Notes: a model not told the origin generated them from the letters alone. A stretch of DNA of 64,000 bases from Betaproteobacteria bacterium (GCA_947479645.1 CANKAJ010000002.1:400-64399), one strand, 5' to 3'. Positions 54,647 to 63,825 are shown, numbered from the stretch's first letter. A program made the numbers and translations.

Positions 54647-55618
54647 ATGAGCACGAAAATAATGATTGCAATGGGCTGCGCGTTTTCGATGCTGATCGCT
54701 CAGTCGGAGGCTTTTTCACAGATCTATCCGGCCAAACCAATCCGGGTAATCAACGGTTATGCCGCCGGCGGCGGCAATGACAATATCGCGCGGCCGATAA
54801 CGCAATATCTGTCGGAGACATTCGGGCATCCGGTGATCGTCGACAATCGTCCGGGCGCTAACGGGAATATCGGCGCGGATGAAGTGGTGCGGTCGGCGCC
54901 CGATGGCTATACGCTGCTGTTTGCAACCACCAGCCAGCTGACCATCAATCCGGCACTCTACAGCATGCCCTTTGATCCCCAGCGTGATCTGGCACCCATC
55001 GTGCAGATTGCCATGAATGCCAATGCCATCGTGCTGAACGCGGGTGTTCCTCCGTCCACGATAAAGGAGTTGATTGCCTACCTGCGTGCCAATCCGGGCA
55101 AGCTGAGCTATGCGTCCGCCGGCAACGGCAGCATCAATCATCTGGCTGGGGAATTGCTGGCCATGATCACCAAGACCCAGCTGCTGCATGTGCCTTTCAA
55201 GGGTGCCGGTCCGGCTTTGTCGGAGCTGGTAGCGGGTCGTGTGGACATGATGACGATCGGTGTTCCCACGATCCTGCCGTTCGTCAAGGCAGGCAAGCTC
55301 AAGGTGCTGGCGGTGAGCTCGCCCAGGCGTCTGAGTGTGCTGCCGGATGTTCCTACTGTGGATGAAGCTGGAATACCGGATTACCAGGCCCAGGCCGGTA
55401 CCGGGCTGCTGGCGCCGGCAAAAACGCCGCGCGCAATCATTGCGCGGTTGAATGCGGAGACGGTCAGGTTTCTCATCTCGGCGGATGGGCGCGCCAGATT
55501 GAGCAGCCAGGGCGTGGAGATTGTTGCCGGCACGCCTGAAGAGTTTGCCCAGACCATCCGCAGTGAAACTACACGGTGGGCAGCGGTGGTCAAAGCCGGA
55601 AACATCAGGATCGAATAG
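54647..55618 (+). CDS. Bug/TctC-family periplasmic substrate-binding protein
   Basis: GAGGAGGAAGG SD before ATG 54647. Signal peptide, IYPAKPIRVINGYAAGGGND, HVPFKGAG. Confidence 0.9.
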   Translation: MSTKIMIAMGCAFSMLIAQSEAFSQIYPAKPIRVINGYAAGGGNDNIARPITQYLSETFGHPVIVDNRPGANGNIGADEVVRSAPDGYTLLFATTSQLTINPALYSMPFDPQRDLAPIVQIAMNANAIVLNAGVPPSTIKELIAYLRANPGKLSYASAGNGSINHLAGELLAMITKTQLLHVPFKGAGPALSELVAGRVDMMTIGVPTILPFVKAGKLKVLAVSSPRRLSVLPDVPTVDEAGIPDYQAQAGTGLLAPAKTPRAIIARLNAETVRFLISADGRARLSSQGVEIVAGTPEEFAQTIRSETTRWAAVVKAGNIRIE

Positions 55619-55746
55619 GGCAACGAAAAAGGTCCTGTAAATTTCGGCATCGTTGTAACGATGCGCGCCACTGTTAATTTGGAATAAACTGAACGGGTTC
55701 TCAAAATACCGTTTCCAGCGCAACCATTTATGAAGAGCGGATTCTG

Positions 55747-56718
55747 ATGAAAAATTTATTGAAATTTGATGCCGTTTGTCTGCTTGCGTTGATGGTGCTG
55801 TCCCAGATTGTTTTCGCGCAGGCTTACCCTTCCAAGCCCATCCGTGTGGTCAATGGCTATGCCGCAGGCGGTCCCAATGACAATATTGCGCGGCCGATCA
55901 CGCAGTATTTGTCAGAGGCGTTCGGTCATCAGGTGATACTGGACAACCGGCCCGGAGCGAACGGCAACATTGGTGCCGATGAAGTGGTCAAGGCGGCCCC
56001 TGATGGCTACACGCTGTTGTTTGCAACGACCAGTCAGGTGACCATCAACCCGGCGCTCTACAACATGCCCTTTGATGTTCAGCGGGATCTGGCGCCCATC
56101 GTGCAGATTTCCATGAATTCCAGTGTGATCGTCTTGAATGCGGGGGTGCCGCCATCGTCAGTCAAGGAACTGATTGCCTATATGCGGGCCAATCCGGGCA
56201 AAGTGAGTTTTGCCTCGGCCGGCAACAGCAGCATCAATCATCTGGCCGGCGAGCTATTGGCCATGATCACCAAAACACAGTTGCTGCATGTGCCGTTCAA
56301 GGGTGGTGGACCGGCATTGACCGATGTGGTGGCCGGCAGGGTGGACATGATGATCATCAGTGCGCCAACCACTTTGCCATTCGTCAGGTCGGGCAAACTG
56401 AAAGTCCTGGCCGTGAGCTCACCCAGGCGGCTGAGTGTGTTTCCGGATGTGCCGACCGTGGAAGAAGCGGGCATACCGGATTTCCAGGTTCAGGCCGGCA
56501 CCGGATTGCTTGCGCCAATCAAAACGCCGCGCGTAATAATTTCGCGCTTGAATGCGGAAACCGTCAAGTTTCTCTCCTCGGCGGATGGCCGGGCCAAGCT
56601 GGGCAGTCAGGGTGTGGAGATTATCGCCGGAACGCCTGAAGACTTCGCTCAAACCATCCGCAGTGAAACAGCGCGCTGGGCCGCGGTGGTCAAGGCAGGC
56701 AACATCAGGCTTGAGTAG
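55747..56718 (+). CDS. Bug/TctC-family periplasmic substrate-binding protein (recent tandem duplicate)
   Basis: About 84% aa identity to 54647-55618 by hand count (47 differences in ~298 aligned positions). Confidence 0.9.
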   Translation: MKNLLKFDAVCLLALMVLSQIVFAQAYPSKPIRVVNGYAAGGPNDNIARPITQYLSEAFGHQVILDNRPGANGNIGADEVVKAAPDGYTLLFATTSQVTINPALYNMPFDVQRDLAPIVQISMNSSVIVLNAGVPPSSVKELIAYMRANPGKVSFASAGNSSINHLAGELLAMITKTQLLHVPFKGGGPALTDVVAGRVDMMIISAPTTLPFVRSGKLKVLAVSSPRRLSVFPDVPTVEEAGIPDFQVQAGTGLLAPIKTPRVIISRLNAETVKFLSSADGRAKLGSQGVEIIAGTPEDFAQTIRSETARWAAVVKAGNIRLE

Positions 56719-56850
56719 CCCCGATTGGGCCGCGTAACTCGGTTGTGCTCCATGACACGCTGAAACTGGTGTCGATTCGGAATAAACTACGAAGCTATTC
56801 TCATGCCGGTCGTTGGCTGGAGCGGCCGTGACTGTAACCGGGATATCAAC

Positions 56851-57732
56851 ATGGACGAAGAACTAGACTTCTCAAGTACTGCCCCCAAACCCATTCCCAA
56901 GGCGCCAGTTCCTCCTGCGCCACCGGCTGCGCGCAGCCCTTTGTACAACCCGCAAGTTGCGCTGGCTTTTTTTCGTGGTGCAGCCAAGCTTGAGGAGGTT
57001 GGTGGAGGCAAGACTTTTTTTGTCGAAAACGAAAAATCCGGCGGATTCTTTTCCAAAGGTGAACGCATGTATCTGTTGCTGGAAGGCGAAATTGGCCTGA
57101 TGGCAAAAGGCGCATTTGTCGGATTGATCCGACCCGGCGAAATCTTTGGCGAGATGGCATTGCTCGCCAAAGCGCCTCGTTTGGCCACGGCTGTGGCCAA
57201 GGTCGCCTGCAAGGCGCTGGCGCTGGATGAAAAAAGTTTTCAGGCCGCGTTGCAAAAGACGCCCGAATTCGCGTTGATGATGATGGGTGTGATGGTCAAC
57301 CGGTTGCGCCAGAATATGGCTCGCAAGGGCGCAGGTGCTGTATCAGTGACGGGCGAAGTAACCGAAAAACATGATGTCTTCAACAAGAAGCAGCTGGCGA
57401 GCATCGCCGACGAATTGGCGCCAATGGTGATTCCGGCAGGCAAGGCCATCATGCACACCGGCGATATTGGCATCTTCATGTATATCGTTCAGGAAGGGCA
57501 TGTCGCCATCTCGATGCAGTCCAAGATCGTCGAACGCGTTGGACCCGGTGGCGTATTCGGGGAAATGGCGATGGTTGATAATTCGTCGCGCGCGGCGAAC
57601 GCGACGGCAGAAACGGATTGCAGCCTGATCATGGTCAAGCGCACCGACTTTCTTGATCTGGTGAAGTCCAAGCCTGAATTCGGCATGTCCATACTGCGCA
57701 CTATTGCCGAGCGGATACACGCGCTGGCCTGA
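56851..57732 (+). CDS. stand-alone protein with two cyclic-nucleotide-binding (CAP_ED) domains, no output domain
   Basis: Two copies of the phosphate-binding cassette: GEIFGEMALLAKAPRLATAVA and GGVFGEMAMVDNSSRAANATA. Pro-rich N-terminus. Start at ATG 56851. Confidence 0.8.
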   Translation: MDEELDFSSTAPKPIPKAPVPPAPPAARSPLYNPQVALAFFRGAAKLEEVGGGKTFFVENEKSGGFFSKGERMYLLLEGEIGLMAKGAFVGLIRPGEIFGEMALLAKAPRLATAVAKVACKALALDEKSFQAALQKTPEFALMMMGVMVNRLRQNMARKGAGAVSVTGEVTEKHDVFNKKQLASIADELAPMVIPAGKAIMHTGDIGIFMYIVQEGHVAISMQSKIVERVGPGGVFGEMAMVDNSSRAANATAETDCSLIMVKRTDFLDLVKSKPEFGMSILRTIAERIHALA

Positions 57733-57756
57733 AGCCTGATTGTTGGCGGTGCCGTA

Positions 57757-58002
57757 TCAGTCGATGCCGCGTGCTTCCCGTCTTGCTGTGTGGTGCTGCA
57801 GATACAAGGCTTCCACTTTGCTTCTGGCCCACGGTGTGCGGCGCAGAAATTTCAGGCTGGATTTGATGCTGGGATCATGGGTGAAGCAGCGGATGATGAT
57901 CTGGCGCCCCATTTCCTCCCAGCCTATTTCTGCAGCCAGTTCCTCCAGCATTTTTTCCAGCGTAAGACCGTGCAGTGGATTATTGGGTTGTGGTGTTGTC
58001 AT
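57757..58002 (-). CDS. DUF2132 (VF530-like) domain protein
   Basis: NPLHGLTLEKMLEELAAEIGWEEMGRQIIIRCFTHDPSIKSSLKFLRRTPWARSKVEALY. Start moved to ATG 58002. Confidence 0.75.
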   Translation of the reverse strand: MTTPQPNNPLHGLTLEKMLEELAAEIGWEEMGRQIIIRCFTHDPSIKSSLKFLRRTPWARSKVEALYLQHHTARREARGID

Positions 58003-58024
58003 GCCGATATCCGCCAGCCATTCT

Positions 58025-58609
58025 TTAGCGATGGCCGCTTGATGAATCGGAAGACGCTGGCCCGGTATAAAAGGCGGGCCATTTATGCCGCGCCAACTCC
58101 CCTTCGCTCCGATAGGCGAGGCAGCTGTCCAGCTTGATCGGGTGCCCTTTGCGATCAAGGGCCATGTTCTTGTGCCTTCTGATTGGCGCAAGCGTCTGGT
58201 AGGCAGCGCTGCCCATGGTAAATAGCAGTTCCCTCATGTGAGTGCAGCCCTGCGCGCCACCCAGGCGCTGCTGAATGGCCGCTCTCCATCCCGATTCGAT
58301 GCGAGCGCCCTTTAACCGGGCGATACCGGGGGCAGCCTGTGGGCATTCGCCATAGGGACTTGCGTCAGTGCAGGCGCTCGCCTCATGCACCAGCAGATCT
58401 TCGTCCACCACCAGTCGCACCCACATGTCATGCAAATAGTTCCCGGGCGCAATGGTATGTCCTTCGACATCGACCGTAAAAGGATCCGATTTTGTATCGG
58501 TAAGTCTTCCCTCGATTTCGTACAGCCCATCCGGACGGCGATATCCCTGCATGTCAATTTTTCTGAAATGCATTGGCTCTCTGGGGCCGGATGCAGGCAG
58601 TGGCATCAA
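58025..58609 (-). CDS. DUF2889 domain protein
   Basis: YEIEGRLTDTKSDPF...MWVRLVVDEDLLVHEA...CPQAAPGIARLKG...GAQGCTHMRELL. TAGGAG SD. Confidence 0.7.
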   Translation of the reverse strand: MMPLPASGPREPMHFRKIDMQGYRRPDGLYEIEGRLTDTKSDPFTVDVEGHTIAPGNYLHDMWVRLVVDEDLLVHEASACTDASPYGECPQAAPGIARLKGARIESGWRAAIQQRLGGAQGCTHMRELLFTMGSAAYQTLAPIRRHKNMALDRKGHPIKLDSCLAYRSEGELARHKWPAFYTGPASSDSSSGHR

Positions 58610-58662
58610 TTAACTCCTATCCATGATTTGCAACCTTGAGTGGCAAGGAGAATGAAGAAAGA

Positions 58663-58694
58663 AATTTCCGTGCGCCAATTGGCGCGCGGAAATT
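58663..58694 (-). terminator. rho-independent-type terminator after the nitronate monooxygenase-like gene
   Basis: 14 bp arms AATTTCCGTGCGCC / GGCGCGCGGAAATT (one mismatch), loop AATT. Begins 8 nt after the stop codon (58703-58705). T-rich tracts on both sides (TCTTTCTTCATT in the minus sense, CGTCTTTTT in the plus sense). Confidence 0.6.
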
Positions 58695-58702
58695 CGTCTT
58701 TT

Positions 58703-59677
58703 TCAGGCGGCAAACGACTTTGCGAGCTGGCTGTTCACAATCTCCTGCGCCTCGCTCACCATGCGGTCGAGCAATTCCTTGCAGGTGGGGATGTCATGGA
58801 TCAGGCCCATGACCATACCCGCGGTCCAGGTGCCGGCTTCGAGGTCTCCGGTCTGGTACACGACATTGTTCTTCACGCCGGCCACCAGGTCGGCGATTTC
58901 CTGAAAGGTGGAATCGGGCCGGGCCTCGATTTCACGGATTTTCAGGGCGACGCTGTTCTTGTAGATGCGGCTGGTATTGCGCATTTTGCGCAGGATGTGG
59001 GTGGAACTGCGTTCGTCGCCAGCGACGATGGCCTGCTTCACATTTTCGTGGATGGGAGCCTCCTTCGTGGCCATGAAGCGCGTGCCCATGTTCACGCCGT
59101 CGGCACCCAGCGCCAACGCTGCCACCAGGCTGCGGGCATTGCCTACCCCGCCCGAGGCCAGTAGCGGTACTTTGATCTGCGCGGCCGCGCAGGGGAGCAG
59201 CACGAAGTTGGGAGTGTCGTCCTCACCGGGATGGCCGGCGCATTCGAAACCGTCCATGCTGATGACATCGCAGCCCAGTCGCTCTGCCTTCAGTCCATGG
59301 CGTACCGAGGTGCATTTGTGGATGACGATGATGCCGGCCTTCTTGAATCCAGCCATGAAGGGTTCGGGATTGTTGCCGGCGGTCTCGACGATCTTGACGC
59401 CGCTTTCGGCGATGACCGCGGCGTACTCGTGATAGGGAAGGGGTTTGGGGCGCACGGTGAAGGTGAGGTTGACGCCAAAGGGCTTGTCGGTCATTTCGCG
59501 ACAGCGTTCGATCTCTTTGGCGAGGGCTTCCGGTGACGGCTGAGTGAGCGCGGTGATCAGACCCAGTCCGCCGGCATTGGAGACGGCGGATGCCATTTCG
59601 GCAAGGCCCACCCACATCATGCCGCCCTGGACGATCGGATACTTGATTCCAAGCAATTCAGTGATGCGTGTTCTCAT
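58703..59677 (-). CDS. NAD(P)H-dependent flavin oxidoreductase, nitronate monooxygenase (2-nitropropane dioxygenase)/FabK-like
   Basis: MRTRITELLGIKYPIVQGGMMWVGLAEMASAVSNAGGLGLITA...LLASGGVGNARS. AAGGAG SD before ATG 59677. Confidence 0.85.
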   Translation of the reverse strand: MRTRITELLGIKYPIVQGGMMWVGLAEMASAVSNAGGLGLITALTQPSPEALAKEIERCREMTDKPFGVNLTFTVRPKPLPYHEYAAVIAESGVKIVETAGNNPEPFMAGFKKAGIIVIHKCTSVRHGLKAERLGCDVISMDGFECAGHPGEDDTPNFVLLPCAAAQIKVPLLASGGVGNARSLVAALALGADGVNMGTRFMATKEAPIHENVKQAIVAGDERSSTHILRKMRNTSRIYKNSVALKIREIEARPDSTFQEIADLVAGVKNNVVYQTGDLEAGTWTAGMVMGLIHDIPTCKELLDRMVSEAQEIVNSQLAKSFAA

Positions 59678-60053
59678 GTTGCTCCTTCGGATGGCGGCAG
59701 GGAGCCGCGTCAATTGTTCAAGGCGGAATGGCCGCCGGATGCCCGGTTATGGTCCCTCTGAGCGGGATGGGCTGTCCGGTGCACGCATTTTAATCCAGGT
59801 GCCGTATTCCGGCCTGTGCGCTGCATGGAAGGTGCTGCACTCGGATCATTGCCAGCATGCCGGCGCAGTAGGCCCAATCGAAACACGACTCAACAACGGC
59901 GATAGCCTGGACCGGTGGCATCCATTTCGGCGAACGATTATCAGGGAGCCGATTTTGATAATAAAATGACTGTTATTATCTTCTAATGTTTATTTAGATA
60001 CGAAAAGTGATAATAATATTTCGGCGGTCTTGCCGGCCTTGCCGGCAGACCTG

Positions 60054-60827
60054 TCAGGCGTGGCGAAGATGGTTGCGCAAGTTGTGCTGTGCCGTGTGGT
60101 CTGTTGCACTGATTGCCAGTCGCTCCCGCAGGACTTCTCCGAGCACGATGATGGCCGGCCCGCCACCAAGACGCGCCGTGAGGGAACCCAGTTGATCGAG
60201 GCGGGCGATGTGTTGCGCTTCCCCCGCGAGGGACGCATTCTCGACCATGGCAAGCGGCCGGTCTGCAGGCATGCCACGACGAATCAGGGTGTCGGCGATG
60301 GCCTGTGCTTCGCCGGAACCCATGTAGATGACGGCGGTATCGGCAGCCAGCACCGCAGCGGCCCAGTCGCTGGCAGTTTCATTCCTGCCAACCCGTGGCG
60401 TGACAAAAGTGATGTTGCGTGCAATGCCTCGCCGCGTCAGCGAGACTCCCAGCGCAGCGCCGGCTGCGAGTGCGGCAGTAATGCCTGAGACGATTTCGAC
60501 TTCAATGCCGGCCGCTGCAAGCGCATCGAGTTCTTCCTGGGCTCGCCCAAACAGCAGCGGATCACCGCCCTTCAGGCGCACCACGACCGCATGCCGCTGC
60601 GCGGCATCGATCAAACGCTTGTTGATGAAGTTCTGTGCCGTCGAATAACGGCCGTGACGCTTGCCGACGGGAACCTTCTCCGCCTTCTTCGCCAATGCAA
60701 CCACTTCCGGATTCACCAGCGCGTCATGAAACAGGATGCCGGCCGATTCGATGACGCGCGCGGCGCGTATCGTCAGCAAGTCCGCGGCGCCGGGACCGGC
60801 GCCGACGAGATAGACCTTGCCGGTCAT
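60054..60827 (-). CDS. cobA: uroporphyrinogen-III C-methyltransferase (SUMT)
   Basis: KVYLVGAGPGAADLLTIRAARVIESAGILFHDALV, 257 aa. Last gene of the cys operon (siroheme supply). Confidence 0.88.
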   Translation of the reverse strand: MTGKVYLVGAGPGAADLLTIRAARVIESAGILFHDALVNPEVVALAKKAEKVPVGKRHGRYSTAQNFINKRLIDAAQRHAVVVRLKGGDPLLFGRAQEELDALAAAGIEVEIVSGITAALAAGAALGVSLTRRGIARNITFVTPRVGRNETASDWAAAVLAADTAVIYMGSGEAQAIADTLIRRGMPADRPLAMVENASLAGEAQHIARLDQLGSLTARLGGGPAIIVLGEVLRERLAISATDHTAQHNLRNHLRHA

Positions 60828-62113
60828 GTCTGCTCTATCATCCCGGCCGCCACGGTCTGGTTGGTCGCCTCATCGATGAGGATGAAGGACCCGGTAATGC
60901 GATTCATGGCATAGGTATCGGCGAATATCGGTTGCGCCAGGCTGAGCGTCACATGGGCGATATCATTCATTGCCAGACTTGCAGGCAGTGGCTGGCGCAC
61001 AAACGTATTGATGTCCATGCGGTCATTTACGCTGGCCAGTTTTGCCTTGACGCTGCGCGTGGTGTGTTTCAATACAAAGCGGCCCGCGGCATTGGGTGGA
61101 TCGGTGGACAGCCAGCAGATGCGCGCGCCGATCTTTTTGGCCACGCGCGGCTCGTGTGCCGATGCGGCAATGATGTCGCCGCGCGAGATGTCGATTTCAT
61201 CGGCGAGCACCAGCGTTACCGAGTCGCCCGCGACAGCCACCGGCATTTTCTTGTCGAGGAAAACAATTTCCTTGATGGTCGTGTTGCGGCCGGAGGGCAG
61301 CGCAACGACGCTATCGCCCACGCTCAGCACGCCGGATTCGAGGCGACCTGCGTAACCGCGGAAATCGCTGCCGGCCCCGGGGCGCACCACCAATTGGACC
61401 GGAAAGCGCGCAGCCAGTGCATCCGCCGTATAGGCGACATTGATGCTTTCCAGCAATTGCAGCAGTGTCTCGCCGCTGTACCAGGAAAGACCTTCGCCGC
61501 GATCGACCACCATGTCGCCGCGCAGGGCGGACATCGGGATGAAGCGCAAGTCAGGTATATCCAGATCCATTGCAAAGCCGAGAAAGCTCGCCCGGATGTC
61601 ATCAAACACGGTCTGGCTGTGTTCGACGAGATCCATCTTGTTGATGGCGACGATCACATGTTTTACCCCGAGCAGATGGGCAATATAGGTGTGGCGGCGC
61701 GTCTGCGTGAGCACACCCTTGCGGGCGTCAATCAGAATGATGGCGGCATCGGCGGTGGAGGCACCGGTGACCATGTTGCGCGTGTACTGCTCGTGACCTG
61801 GCGTGTCGGCAATGATGAACTTGCGACGCGGTGTTGCGAAATAGCGGTATGCCACATCGATGGTGATGCCTTGCTCGCGCTCGGCTTCCAGTCCATCGGT
61901 CAACAGGGAAAGATCGACCGAGTCCTGACCGCGCTTCGTGGAAGCACGCGTCACGGCGGCGAGCTGGTCCTCGAAGATGGCCTTGGTGTCGTGCAGCAGG
62001 CGCCCGATCAGCGTGCTCTTGCCATCGTCCACGCTGCCGGCGGTGATGAAACGCAGCACGCCAAGGTCAGCAGTGTCTGCGCCCGCGTGTGGAAGTTCCC
62101 CGAACATGCCCAT
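60824..62113 (-). CDS. cysN: sulfate adenylyltransferase subunit 1 (GTPase), without an APS kinase domain
   Basis: G1 GSVDDGKST, G3 DTPGHEQYTRNM, G4 NKMD. 429 aa. Confidence 0.92.
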   Translation of the reverse strand: MGMFGELPHAGADTADLGVLRFITAGSVDDGKSTLIGRLLHDTKAIFEDQLAAVTRASTKRGQDSVDLSLLTDGLEAEREQGITIDVAYRYFATPRRKFIIADTPGHEQYTRNMVTGASTADAAIILIDARKGVLTQTRRHTYIAHLLGVKHVIVAINKMDLVEHSQTVFDDIRASFLGFAMDLDIPDLRFIPMSALRGDMVVDRGEGLSWYSGETLLQLLESINVAYTADALAARFPVQLVVRPGAGSDFRGYAGRLESGVLSVGDSVVALPSGRNTTIKEIVFLDKKMPVAVAGDSVTLVLADEIDISRGDIIAASAHEPRVAKKIGARICWLSTDPPNAAGRFVLKHTTRSVKAKLASVNDRMDINTFVRQPLPASLAMNDIAHVTLSLAQPIFADTYAMNRITGSFILIDEATNQTVAAGMIEQT

Positions 62114-63054
62114 CAGAAATATCCTTCCTTCTTGCGCCGTTCCATGGAGGCATCCGAAGTCTGGTCGTCCATGCGCGTGGCGCCGCGCTCGGTGATGGTG
62201 GTAACGGCTGTTTCTGCAATGATTTCAACCGGTGTGGACGCATTGGATTCCACCGGGCAGGTGCAGGTGATGTCGCCGACGGTGCGAAACCGTACCGCAA
62301 CTTCCTCGACTGTCTCGCCCTCGCGCGGCGGTGTCACCCGTGTTACTGGTACCAAGAGGCCGTTGCGCCGTATCACCGCACGTCTGTGCGTGTAATAGAT
62401 GGAGGGTACGGCAATGTTTTCGCGGGCGATGTACTGCCAGATGTCCAATTCCGTCCAGTTGCTGATCGGAAATACACGCATGTGCTCACCCTTGTGAACG
62501 CGCGTGTTGTACAGGTTCCATAATTCGGGCCGCTGGTTCTTCGGGTCCCACTGGCCAAATTCGTCACGGAAGGAAAACATGCGTTCCTTGGCGCGCGCCT
62601 TTTCTTCATCGCGACGGGCGCCTCCGATGGCGGCGTCAAAGCCGAATTCTTCAATCGCTTCCAGCAGCGTCACCGACTGGGCGGCATTGCGGCTGTCGTC
62701 CTCGCGATGCAGGCGTACCGTGCCGCGCTTCATTGAGTCTTCGACCGAGCGCACGATCAGCCGTTCACCCAGTTCTTCGGCGCGCAGGTCGCGAAAGGCA
62801 ATGACTTCATCAAAATTGTGTCCGGTGTCGATATGCATCAGCGGGAACGGAAAGCGCGCCGGACGAAAGGCTTTCTCGGCCAGTCGCAGCAGCACGATGG
62901 AATCCTTGCCTCCGGAGAAAAACAGTACCGGATTGGCGCATTCGCCGGCGACTTCGCGCAGGATGTGAATGGCCTCCGACTCCAGCCAGTCAAGGTGGCT
63001 TCTTTGCGCAAGCGTGGTCAGTTCGGGAGGGTGGGCAAGTGCGGTGGCGTTCAT
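62113..63054 (-). CDS. cysD: sulfate adenylyltransferase subunit 2
   Basis: LDWLESEAIHILREV...FFSGGKDS PP-loop. Start moved to ATG 63054 (ATGA overlap with cysH). Confidence 0.92.
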   Translation of the reverse strand: MNATALAHPPELTTLAQRSHLDWLESEAIHILREVAGECANPVLFFSGGKDSIVLLRLAEKAFRPARFPFPLMHIDTGHNFDEVIAFRDLRAEELGERLIVRSVEDSMKRGTVRLHREDDSRNAAQSVTLLEAIEEFGFDAAIGGARRDEEKARAKERMFSFRDEFGQWDPKNQRPELWNLYNTRVHKGEHMRVFPISNWTELDIWQYIARENIAVPSIYYTHRRAVIRRNGLLVPVTRVTPPREGETVEEVAVRFRTVGDITCTCPVESNASTPVEIIAETAVTTITERGATRMDDQTSDASMERRKKEGYF

Positions 63055-63815
63055 GTGTCTGCTTTCGATCGAACCAGTTTGCCGTCGGGCCCGACATGCA
63101 GGCCGCATTCCCTGGAATCCGGTTGCTCCCACCACCAGCGCCCGGCGCGCACATCCTCGCCGGCAACGACAGGGCGGGAGCAGGGGGCGCAGCCAATGGA
63201 ACGGTAACCCTGCTCATAAAGGGCGTTGTAGGGCACATCTAAGGCGCGCAGATAAGTCCACACGTCATCCTCGTCCCAGTCGGCCAGCGGATTGAATTTC
63301 TCCAGACCATAGACGGCGTCGTGGCTCTGCACATCGAGTTCGGTGCGGGTGGTCGACTGTTCGCGGCGCATGCCGGTCAACCAGGCCTGTTTGCCGGCGA
63401 GGGCGCGTTTGAGCGGCTCGACCTTGCGTATTTCGCAGCAGCGCTTGCGCAGGTCCACGCTTTCATAGAAGGCGTCACGGCCATGCGCGGTGACATACTG
63501 AACAACCGCCTGATTGTCGGGTCGATAGACCTTTACGGCATAAGCGTACTGGCGCTGAATGGCATCGATCAGGGCCAGCGTGTCGCCATGCATGCGCCCC
63601 GTGTCCAGTGTGAAGATTTCGATATTGTGCCCGCCACGCAGGATTGCATCGGTGAGCAGCATGTCTTCGATGGACAGGCTGGAGGCGAGAGTGGCCGGCG
63701 AATATTCCGTGGCGATGCGCGCGAGCACTGCCTGCAGTGCAGCGGCCTTCTGTTCCAGCCGTGCGGGCAGCGCAGCCGCAGATCCAGTGGCAACGGGCTT
63801 GAGTTGCGTTTGCAT
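63051..63815 (-). CDS. cysH: assimilatory adenylylsulfate (APS)-type / PAPS reductase
   Basis: ECGLH C-terminal motif, plus RKRCCEIRKVEPL and SIGCAPCS cysteine pairs (the CC...CxxC Fe-S signature of APS reductases). Start moved to ATG 63815. Confidence 0.88.
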   Translation of the reverse strand: MQTQLKPVATGSAAALPARLEQKAAALQAVLARIATEYSPATLASSLSIEDMLLTDAILRGGHNIEIFTLDTGRMHGDTLALIDAIQRQYAYAVKVYRPDNQAVVQYVTAHGRDAFYESVDLRKRCCEIRKVEPLKRALAGKQAWLTGMRREQSTTRTELDVQSHDAVYGLEKFNPLADWDEDDVWTYLRALDVPYNALYEQGYRSIGCAPCSRPVVAGEDVRAGRWWWEQPDSRECGLHVGPDGKLVRSKADT

Positions 63816-63825
63816 GGTCGGGTAC

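Noticed and set aside
54716-55723. 335 aa minus-strand ORF. The same applies to 40806-41468, 41532-42281, 47751-48494, 48745-49626, 49661-50317, 50727-51548 and 45096-45782.
   Set aside because: All are antisense or out-of-frame shadows of motif-supported plus-strand genes in the 17 kb cluster.
60932-62395. 487 aa plus-strand ORF
   Set aside because: It is antisense to cysN/cysD, which carry unambiguous GTPase and PP-loop motifs.
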